Shown in pieces: positions 44,774 through 51,601 of a stretch of DNA of 63,326 nt. The translations under genes and the position numbers were made by a program. Within the stretch, counting starts at the first letter, position 1. Every line of letters begins with the position of its first letter. Origin of the DNA: a bacterium (GTDB lineage: Bacteria; Patescibacteriota; Minisyncoccia; Phycocordibacterales; JAGLPS01). The notes under the pieces were generated by a model. The model saw only the letters and a list, made by a program, of their open reading frames with translations, did not search any database and had not been told where the DNA came from. The stretch lies in NCBI GenBank assembly GCA_030690305.1, contig JAUYHB010000022.1, forward strand, positions 1-63,326. Direction: 5' to 3'.

Positions 44774-45049
44774 ATGTTCCGAAAAATGTTGGCTGTGCTT
44801 GTGCTCATATGCGCCGTCATGCTTTTCGGCCTTGCTCCGCCTGTGTTTGCAGGTGGCGGATGGGGTGGACACCACAGAGGACACCGCTCCTCGGGTATTT
44901 CTCTGGACTTCAAAGTTGTCCTTGAGTCCAAAGGTGACCACGGACGTCATTACCGCCATCATCGTCACCACAGGTACGTGAAGTATCGGCCGTACCCTCG
45001 TCATGGGCCGATAATTGTCATCGTACGAGATGGACGATACGGTTACTAA
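44774..45049 (+). CDS. Secreted His/Arg/Gly/Tyr-rich small protein (91 aa)
   Basis: SD AAAGGAGG. Signal peptide MFRKMLAVLVLICAVMLFGLAPPVFAGG, then GWGGHHRGHRSSG...GDHGRHYRHHRHHRYVKYRPYPRHG. Confidence 0.55.
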   Translation: MFRKMLAVLVLICAVMLFGLAPPVFAGGGWGGHHRGHRSSGISLDFKVVLESKGDHGRHYRHHRHHRYVKYRPYPRHGPIIVIVRDGRYGY

Positions 45050-45074
45050 TAATTCTCCGGGATCAAGTTGTACC

Positions 45075-45110
45075 CGCCGCAGTATGAAAATACTGCGGCG
45101 TTTTTTCTTT
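45075..45110 (+). terminator. Intrinsic terminator (copy 2 of the duplicated terminator)
   Basis: 45068-45101 matches 44649-44683 except for a single mismatch. Confidence 0.8.
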
Positions 45111-45119
45111 TTTAAATCT

Positions 45120-45128
45120 TGTTATACT
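45120..45128 (+). promoter_or_regulatory. Extended -10 box TGTTATACT of dnaX
   Basis: Ends 7 nt before ATG 45136. No SD. Confidence 0.45.
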
Positions 45129-45135
45129 ACCTGTA

Positions 45136-46173
45136 ATGTCGCATACCGTTTTATACCGCAAATATAGGCCGCAAAAGTTTCCTGACGTCATTGGACAGGA
45201 CCATATTGTCAAAGTGCTGGAAGGCTCGGCTAGAGAGGGGAATATCTCCCACGCATATCTTTTTTCGGGTTCGCGCGGCACGGGCAAAACATCCGTGGCC
45301 CGTATTTTTGCGGATGCGATTGGATGCAAAGGAAATGATTTATATGAAATAGATGCCGCGTCAAACCGCGGAATCGACGATATCCGCCAAATCCGCGAAT
45401 CGGTTCTCGGAATGCCATTTGAATCGAAATTTAAAGTCTATATAGTCGACGAAGTCCACATGCTCACCAAAGAAGCCTTCAATGCGCTTCTGAAAACTTT
45501 GGAAGAGCCGCCGGCATACGTTGTTTTTATTCTCGCCACGACGGAAATGGATAAGTTGCCGGAAACTGTCGTATCCAGATGCCAGACATTTCAATTCAAA
45601 AAGCCCAATCAGCAAATTCTCAAGAAAATGATTTTGGATGTGGCAAAAGGGGAGAAGTTTGCCCTTGAACCGTCTTCCGCGGACTTGATTGCAATGCTTG
45701 GCGACGGCTCATTCCGCGACGCGCTCGGAATTTTGGAAAAAGTCATCGTCTCGTCTTCGGACAAAAAAATATCCGTCAAAGAAGTGGAATTGGTGACGGG
45801 CGCCCCGAAAACTGCTCTTATCAATGATTTCATAACGAGTATTGTTGAAAAGGATATGAAGAAGGGGCTGACAGCCGTGCGGGAAGGGGCGGAAAATAAC
45901 ATTGACCCGAAAGTATTTTTAAAACTCGTGCTCCGTTCCGTGCGCTATGTACTGCTTCTGCGCTATGCTCCCGAAATGGAGCAAGATATTGCAGGAGAAG
46001 TATCCGACGAGACGTTTGAGTTCCTAAAAAAGCTCTCGGGGAATAAAGATGCCAACATATCGGGAGAGACTTTGCGTACCCTTTTGACGGCGTATTCCGA
46101 AGCGGGGAAGACAGCGATTCCCGAATTACCACTTGAGCTTGCGTTAGTCAAAATAATCGGGCAAGCTGGATAA
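45136..46173 (+). CDS. dnaX: DNA polymerase III subunit gamma/tau (short form)
   Basis: HAYLFSGSRGTGKTS, YIVDEVHML and SRCQTFQF. Confidence 0.9.
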   Translation: MSHTVLYRKYRPQKFPDVIGQDHIVKVLEGSAREGNISHAYLFSGSRGTGKTSVARIFADAIGCKGNDLYEIDAASNRGIDDIRQIRESVLGMPFESKFKVYIVDEVHMLTKEAFNALLKTLEEPPAYVVFILATTEMDKLPETVVSRCQTFQFKKPNQQILKKMILDVAKGEKFALEPSSADLIAMLGDGSFRDALGILEKVIVSSSDKKISVKEVELVTGAPKTALINDFITSIVEKDMKKGLTAVREGAENNIDPKVFLKLVLRSVRYVLLLRYAPEMEQDIAGEVSDETFEFLKKLSGNKDANISGETLRTLLTAYSEAGKTAIPELPLELALVKIIGQAG

Positions 46174-46176
46174 TAT

Positions 46177-46247
46177 TGCCGGATCGTCTAATGGTAGGAC
46201 ATGGGCCTTTGAAGCCTAGTATCTTGGTTCGAATCCAAGTCCGGCAG
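46177..46247 (+). tRNA. tRNA-Gln (anticodon UUG)
   Basis: TGCCGGA...TGGGC-CTTTGAA-GCCTA...TTGGT-TCGAATC-CAAGT-CCGGCA-G. Confidence 0.8.
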
Positions 46248-46321
46248 TCAATAAGATTTTTTTCCAGTAAAAACTCGATAATAATCATTAAAAAAAAGGT
46301 ATCAAATGCTACCCTGTTTTG

Positions 46322-46330
46322 TGCTATAGT
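46322..46330 (+). promoter_or_regulatory. Extended -10 box TGCTATAGT upstream of the AIPR gene
   Basis: Same box type as other promoters in the window. Confidence 0.4.
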
Positions 46331-46346
46331 TTTGGTGCATTTGCGA

Positions 46347-46362
46347 TTCCAAGTACGGCAGT
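46347..46362 (+). repeat. Partial duplicate of the tRNA-Gln 3' end
   Basis: TTCCAAGTACGGCAGT versus ATCCAAGTCCGGCAGT (46233-46248): 14 of 16 identical. Confidence 0.7.
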
Positions 46363-46363
46363 T

Positions 46364-46380
46364 CCGAAAACTGATAAACA
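46364..46380 (+). repeat. Left copy of the island-border motif CCGAAA..T.AT.AACA
   Basis: CCGAAAACTGATAAACA versus CCGAAAGTTATCAACA at 50245-50260. Same orientation, 13 of 17 aligned positions match. Confidence 0.45.
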
Positions 46381-46387
46381 GTGAATT

Positions 46388-48082
46388 ATGACATCAATAT
46401 TAGAAAATTTTATAAAAGCAATCAGTGATAAATACAAAATTTCGTTAAACGAAGCTTTTGAAATTTTGTCCATGTTCTCCATATTAGGCCGTCCTTTGGA
46501 TGAGATATATAAGGAATATTGGGTGGCAGGTACGAATGACGGCGGTATCGATGGTATTTACATAGATGAAGATACGGGGAATGTACATATCTTTCAATCA
46601 AAAAATTCAAAACAACTTAAACAAAAAGATATTCAAAAATTTAAAAGCGACTACAAAAATTTTTTCGAATCTGGAAACACATCTAATATTGAAATTAACG
46701 AAAAAATTCAGGCTTTTATTGATGAGATAAAAGATTTTGGTGAGAAAGGGAGAATCCTAAAACCTATTCTTTATTTCTGTTACTCAGGAGAAAATACTGA
46801 TCCCCCAAATGCAAAAATATTTAAAAAATTCGCTAAGCTAGTGGGTAATCCTCCTTTTTTTATTAAGGATTCAGTATTACTTATAGAAAATTTAAAATCT
46901 TTGCAGGGAATACAAAGATCTTCAATAGTTGAGTTTTCCTTCCACCCAGTCTCAAGTGAAATATACCCTGGGGAACAAGCAATTTTCTCGTTCTACACTC
47001 AACAAATTAAAGCCGCAAATTTCCGAATAAGTGCTATTGAACTCTGTAAGTTAATTGATGAAGAAAAAAGTAAAAATGGTACCATAGACACGTTATTCTC
47101 TGAAAATATCAGAGGTTATCTAAAGGTAAATAAGACCAACAAAAAAATACTTGAAACACTTCTTGATTCATCTAAAAGAAGTTTCTTCCCTTTTTTGAAT
47201 AATGGTCTTACTTTTATTTGTGAAAATATGCAAATTCCAGCTCAACCGCAGGTAAACATTTTTCTTCTAAGTGTGAAAAATCCATTAATTGTTAATGGGC
47301 AACAAACTGCTCGCATGATTTACAAAATTTACACAGAGAAAGGGGAGAAAACACTTGATAAAGTTTATCTAACAGTTCGGGCTTATGAAACTAAGGAGAA
47401 TCGTCTCATAGACATGATTACTGAAGCGACAAATACTCAAACCACAATCAACTTTCGTGATCAAATGAGTAACAAGCACTTTAATCATTGGGCTCGTATA
47501 ATGTTTGCCTCTAAAAAAGTAACCTATATAGCAAAACGCGGAGAGATACTTAACCCTAATCCTTTGGAGGGGGAATTGTCTGAATCAGTAGCAAATGACA
47601 CTGTTCTTAAGTTTTGGTATGCGACCTATCATGAAGATCCTCACACTGCAAAAACTTCAAAATCTCGTGTTCTAGAATCAATTTTTCTTGCGACAAAAGA
47701 AGAAAACCCCTCTTTAGCAAAGCTATTTTCTGGAAATCCAAATTCTCCTGTCTACTCCCAGCTTTATAATGCGTATCAAATTTACAAGTTAGTATTAGAG
47801 AAAAGGAAAATCATTGAAAGTAAAAAACAAACTGACTTGGAATACATATTTCATGCTGATGAATTAATCTGCTACGGAATATATAAAAAATTACAAAAAA
47901 AGAAAAAATTAAAAAATCTTTCAAGTATAAATATTGAATCTTTATACGAAGAAGTTCGGTCAATAATTAATGAAGTTGTTAAAGAAGAAAAAGTTAACCT
48001 CGGGGAGGTATATGCACATTCAAAATATTTTAAAAGTGAAGGAATACTTGAGGATTATAAGTTAAAAGCAGGAATAAAATAA
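46388..48082 (+). CDS. AIPR-family abortive-infection protein with an N-terminal Mrr-like nuclease motif
   Basis: 564 aa and very AT-rich. GTNDGGIDGIYIDEDTGNVHIFQSKNSK (D...QxK nuclease-like), followed by NNGLTFICEN and IVNGQQTARMIYK, typical of AIPR proteins. Confidence 0.7.
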   Translation: MTSILENFIKAISDKYKISLNEAFEILSMFSILGRPLDEIYKEYWVAGTNDGGIDGIYIDEDTGNVHIFQSKNSKQLKQKDIQKFKSDYKNFFESGNTSNIEINEKIQAFIDEIKDFGEKGRILKPILYFCYSGENTDPPNAKIFKKFAKLVGNPPFFIKDSVLLIENLKSLQGIQRSSIVEFSFHPVSSEIYPGEQAIFSFYTQQIKAANFRISAIELCKLIDEEKSKNGTIDTLFSENIRGYLKVNKTNKKILETLLDSSKRSFFPFLNNGLTFICENMQIPAQPQVNIFLLSVKNPLIVNGQQTARMIYKIYTEKGEKTLDKVYLTVRAYETKENRLIDMITEATNTQTTINFRDQMSNKHFNHWARIMFASKKVTYIAKRGEILNPNPLEGELSESVANDTVLKFWYATYHEDPHTAKTSKSRVLESIFLATKEENPSLAKLFSGNPNSPVYSQLYNAYQIYKLVLEKRKIIESKKQTDLEYIFHADELICYGIYKKLQKKKKLKNLSSINIESLYEEVRSIINEVVKEEKVNLGEVYAHSKYFKSEGILEDYKLKAGIK

Positions 48083-48123
48083 AGAACCTTCTGTATTTTT
48101 TAAAAATTTTTATATAAACCTAC

Positions 48124-48753
48124 ATGATACCGAAAAAGAAAATTAATCTAAGTGGAGAGAGTATTTTTAAAGACCTAGCAAAAGAATTAATACCGCATAG
48201 AGAGAAACCTATTGGGTCCATGCTTTTCATTGTAGAAGGTACTCAATTAGAGCCTCGTGTAGGAATACGTTATCCTGGTAGAAAACTCAGGCGAAGAACT
48301 GAAATAAAAAGAGCTAATAAAAGTACCGTTCTTTGGGCTAATCTCCTAGATTTTGAAGTTATTCCCTTTGAAAATGGGCAACCAGGAACATCAATACAAT
48401 TCACATATACAAATTTACTTAAAGACTTCGAGGATTATAAAAAGAAAGACAATGAATTTTGGGATATGATTTTGGAACTTCATAGACGCAATCAAATTAC
48501 TAAAATTCCCCCAAATCTTGGAGGAATTGAACCAAAGTTGTTTTTAGAGATGCTTAAGTGGATGTGGATACAGGAAGATGTTAACTATAAACTATCGCAT
48601 AGCGATGTAGGGTCCCCATTAAAGTATAGACTAGAAACTAGAAGCCAAAAGCCAACAGGGAAAGGCGCAGGAAGAGACAAATTTTTTGCAGCGCTAATTT
48701 TAGTCAAAGAAGGTCATTTTTCTGCTGGAGAAATCAAAAAAATTATACCTTAA
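48124..48753 (+). CDS. Hypothetical protein (209 aa), island-specific
   Basis: No motif I can name. Weak D/E...E-x-K-like patch WIQEDVNYK. The 3' end overlaps the convergent LexA-MTase gene by 11 nt. Confidence 0.55.
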   Translation: MIPKKKINLSGESIFKDLAKELIPHREKPIGSMLFIVEGTQLEPRVGIRYPGRKLRRRTEIKRANKSTVLWANLLDFEVIPFENGQPGTSIQFTYTNLLKDFEDYKKKDNEFWDMILELHRRNQITKIPPNLGGIEPKLFLEMLKWMWIQEDVNYKLSHSDVGSPLKYRLETRSQKPTGKGAGRDKFFAALILVKEGHFSAGEIKKIIP

Positions 48754-50209
48754 AAAAGTCATACGATTGTCTTTTTCCCATTACTAACTTATGCTCAGGG
48801 GCAATCTCTCCATTTGTTAGTCTTTTGTTTATAATATCGCAATATTTTTTATCAATTTCTGCAGATATAAACTGACGATTTAAATTTCTACACACATCTA
48901 TTTCTGCACCACTACCTCCGAAGAGCGTAAAAACTACGTCTTTTGGTTTTGTTGATGCTTTAATCAACATCCCTGTTAGTTTTTGAGGAATTTGGCAGGC
49001 ATGATATGTTTTTTCCTTGCTTACATTTTTAACAAGGTTGAATTCAAACCAAGAGTAGGGCATCCTACCTTTTGAACCATTTGCTAGATTTTGTTGAATC
49101 CTTTTGTCTGTTGGATTTTTGTATGGTAGTGCAACCCCATCTTTAAAAAATTTATTATTAACATTTTTTCTTACATGTAAAATACTTCTATGGGCTGTAG
49201 TAAATCTCTTAGGCGTATGTCCAACATTTGTGTTGTAAACCCAAACATATTCATGGATATTTGGGAAATATGAATCTAGATATTTAACACGAAGATGTGC
49301 ATTCTGCTGTGGATAATTCATCATAAAAAGATTACCGTCTTCTTTAAGCACACGCATTGATTCCTTGGCAAGTTCTATATACCAGTTTATGTAATCTTCG
49401 AATTTTTTTGTGTAATTATTTTTACCGTATTTAATTCCAACGTTGTAATCAGGATCTCCAAAAATCATATCCACGCTGTTATCTGGTAGATCTTTCAAAA
49501 CATGCATTACATCACCGTTGTAAACTCTGTTTAAATAATCGGACATCTTATCTTTTCGTTGAACATTTTTCTTTACAGGCAAAATAAAAGTTTGAGACGT
49601 TTTCTTTATTTCATTTGTTTTTACTACATCAAGTAAAATACCTTGTACAGTTAACTGCTGGTCATTTTTAATTATTATTGGCTGATAATTTTTGTTTGCT
49701 GGTTGTAATCTAATCTGCCCCTTTTCTTTGTAGAAAGTTTTAAGTGTTGCTTCATTTCCATTAAGCAGTGCAACTACCTTGTCTCCATTTTCAGCAACAT
49801 TTTGTTTTTTTATCAGAATCGTATCTCCGTTATTTATTCCTTCATCAATCATACTGTCACCTTGTACTCGGAGGGCATATAATTCACCTGATTTTGAGAT
49901 TTTATTTTTTGGTATTGCAATATTTTCTTTTTCTTCTTCAAAAATATGTATAGGTTCTCCAGCTGATATTGTCCCAAGAAGGGGAATGCTAACCATTGCT
50001 TGCGAAGACGTAATTTCAACCCCACGAATTTTATTCTTCTCTTTTTTAAGATATCCACCCTCTCTTAATTCTTCAAGGTGTTGGTGAATAGTTGATACAG
50101 CCAGGTTAAGGTGCTTAGCAATTTCTTTAATTGAAGGTGAAAATCCTTTTTGTTGATTATAAAAATCTAAAAAATCTAAAAGTTGTTTTTTACGAGGAGT
50201 AAGTCCCAT
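48743..50209 (-). CDS. Fusion protein: full-length LexA repressor (wHTH + S24 autopeptidase) joined to a beta-class N6-adenine/N4-cytosine DNA methyltransferase
   Basis: LexA part: LTPRKKQLLDFL...SIKEIAKHL (wHTH), cleavage site ISAGEPI, catalytic GDSM, and Lys in EATLKTFY. MTase part: motif IV FGDPDYNVG upstream, motif I TLFGGSGAE near the C-terminus (beta order). ATG 50209 preferred; the track start at 50218 is TTG. Confidence 0.8.
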   Translation of the reverse strand: MGLTPRKKQLLDFLDFYNQQKGFSPSIKEIAKHLNLAVSTIHQHLEELREGGYLKKEKNKIRGVEITSSQAMVSIPLLGTISAGEPIHIFEEEKENIAIPKNKISKSGELYALRVQGDSMIDEGINNGDTILIKKQNVAENGDKVVALLNGNEATLKTFYKEKGQIRLQPANKNYQPIIIKNDQQLTVQGILLDVVKTNEIKKTSQTFILPVKKNVQRKDKMSDYLNRVYNGDVMHVLKDLPDNSVDMIFGDPDYNVGIKYGKNNYTKKFEDYINWYIELAKESMRVLKEDGNLFMMNYPQQNAHLRVKYLDSYFPNIHEYVWVYNTNVGHTPKRFTTAHRSILHVRKNVNNKFFKDGVALPYKNPTDKRIQQNLANGSKGRMPYSWFEFNLVKNVSKEKTYHACQIPQKLTGMLIKASTKPKDVVFTLFGGSGAEIDVCRNLNRQFISAEIDKKYCDIINKRLTNGEIAPEHKLVMGKRQSYDFFKV

Positions 50210-50217
50210 GTAATACA

Positions 50218-50260
50218 ATTATATCTAAATAGACCGAAAATAAACCGAAAGTTATCAACA
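50218..50260 (-). promoter_or_regulatory. LexA-MTase promoter region with tandem direct repeats
   Basis: Minus strand reads TGTTGATAAC-TTTCGGTTTAT-TTTCGGTCTAT-ttaga-TATAAT, then 8 nt, then ATG. The 11-mer TTTCGGT(T/C)TAT is repeated in tandem across the -35/spacer. Confidence 0.45.
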
Positions 50261-50363
50261 TTCAGTCATTTTGCACTAAAATAAAGTCCCACAAAATCCT
50301 CCCCTTGCTTTTTAGGACATAAAAGTGCACACTTATCAATAGCTATACTAATTAACACTATAT

Positions 50364-50918
50364 ATGGGAAATTTTGACCGTGGCGGGGGAGGCCGCTTTG
50401 GCGGGGATAGAGGAGGCAGGGGATTCGGCGGAAGAGATTCCGGCGGAGGAAGAAGCTGGGGAGGAGGAAAGCCATGGGACAAACAGGTTACCATGCACCA
50501 AGCTGTCTGCAGTAATTGCGGAAACAAGTGCGAAGTGCCTTTTAAGCCGAACGGCTCCAAGCCCGTGCTCTGCAATGACTGTTTTTCAAAGGCCAAAGCA
50601 GGAGGCGCTCCCGGAGGCAATTTTTCTCCAAGGAGAGATTCCAGGGATGGAGGTGGTTCAAGAGATTCCGGTTTTGCACCCTCTTATACGCCCTCATATC
50701 AGCCTTCTCAACCTCAAGGGGGAGACAAGAGAATCGATGACCTTAAAAGGCAATTGGATGTCGTAAACAGCAAGCTCGACACTTTGATTAAGGGAATGGA
50801 GAAAGCGGCTCTTGCCGAAATGTCCCTCGAAGAGAAAAAAACAACTCTCAAAAAATTGGTGAAAAAAGCTACTGCACCAAAAAAGACTGAGACAAAGACC
50901 GAGACAAAAAAGAAATAA
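50364..50918 (+). CDS. RGG-rich zinc-ribbon protein with a coiled-coil and Lys-rich tail
   Basis: GGGGRFGGDRGGRGFGGRDSGGGRSWGGG, then CSNCGNKCEVPFKPNGSKPVLCNDC (CxxC-x17-CxxC), then a coiled region and a KKTETKTETKKK tail. Confidence 0.6.
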   Translation: MGNFDRGGGGRFGGDRGGRGFGGRDSGGGRSWGGGKPWDKQVTMHQAVCSNCGNKCEVPFKPNGSKPVLCNDCFSKAKAGGAPGGNFSPRRDSRDGGGSRDSGFAPSYTPSYQPSQPQGGDKRIDDLKRQLDVVNSKLDTLIKGMEKAALAEMSLEEKKTTLKKLVKKATAPKKTETKTETKKK

Positions 50919-50946
50919 AAAAACGCCTCACTATGAGGCGTTTTTT
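50918..50946 (+). terminator. Intrinsic terminator
   Basis: AAAAAACGCCTCA-cta-TGAGGCGTTTTTT. Confidence 0.8.
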
Positions 50947-50954
50947 GTTACAAT
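50946..50954 (+). promoter_or_regulatory. Extended -10 box TGTTACAAT
   Basis: Ends 6 nt before ATG 50961. Confidence 0.45.
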
Positions 50955-50960
50955 ATAGTT

Positions 50961-51503
50961 ATGTTCATGGCTTTCTACTCAAAGCATAAACTCGTTCTGG
51001 GGCTTGTTTTTGCTTTCATACTCCTACTCGGAACCATTCTTTCCTTTGGTTTATCAAAAAATAACGAAATTGCCTGCACGACGGAAGCGAAACTGTGCCC
51101 CGACGGCTCTGCTGTCGGAAGAACAGGACCTCTATGCGAATTTGCAAAGTGCCCCGGGGGAGGCAACGGTGGAACTGTCGGGGAATTTTGGGGCAATATT
51201 CTCGGCAACGTTCTCCTTGGTCCGACATGTCCCGTCATGATGGATCCTCCCGACCCCCGATGCGCCGATAGGCCCTATCAAACCCAACTTGTTCTTACGA
51301 CCGTCGATCAATTACGCGTAATCAAGGAGTTCAGTTCCGACAAAGACGGCAAATTCAACATTGAAGTGCCGCCGGGAGAATACATAATTCGTTCCGCCGC
51401 GGCGGCAAACATCCTTCCATACTGCGCCTCAAACAATACGATTAAAGTGAATGCAAATACGTCCGTCGAGGTAACTGTCGGTTGTGATACCGGGATTAGA
51501 TAA
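50961..51503 (+). CDS. Membrane-anchored/secreted hypothetical protein with a carboxypeptidase-regulatory-like beta domain
   Basis: One TM segment. Contains SSDKDGKFNIEVPPGEYIIRS. Confidence 0.45.
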   Translation: MFMAFYSKHKLVLGLVFAFILLLGTILSFGLSKNNEIACTTEAKLCPDGSAVGRTGPLCEFAKCPGGGNGGTVGEFWGNILGNVLLGPTCPVMMDPPDPRCADRPYQTQLVLTTVDQLRVIKEFSSDKDGKFNIEVPPGEYIIRSAAAANILPYCASNNTIKVNANTSVEVTVGCDTGIR

Positions 51504-51601
51504 GTGGTTTTTTTATGTAGGATTTTTCTTGACGCATAAGGTTTTTTCTCGTATTCTAAGAAATGCCTCGGCCGCGAGGCGTTTTGTTTTATATAAAAAT
51601 T

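Noticed and set aside
46249-50363. The AT-rich island could be called a mobile element or prophage remnant.
   Set aside because: No integrase, transposase, recombinase or phage structural gene is present. Only composition, tRNA adjacency and weak direct repeats support mobility, so it is reported as a finding and not as a mobile_element feature.
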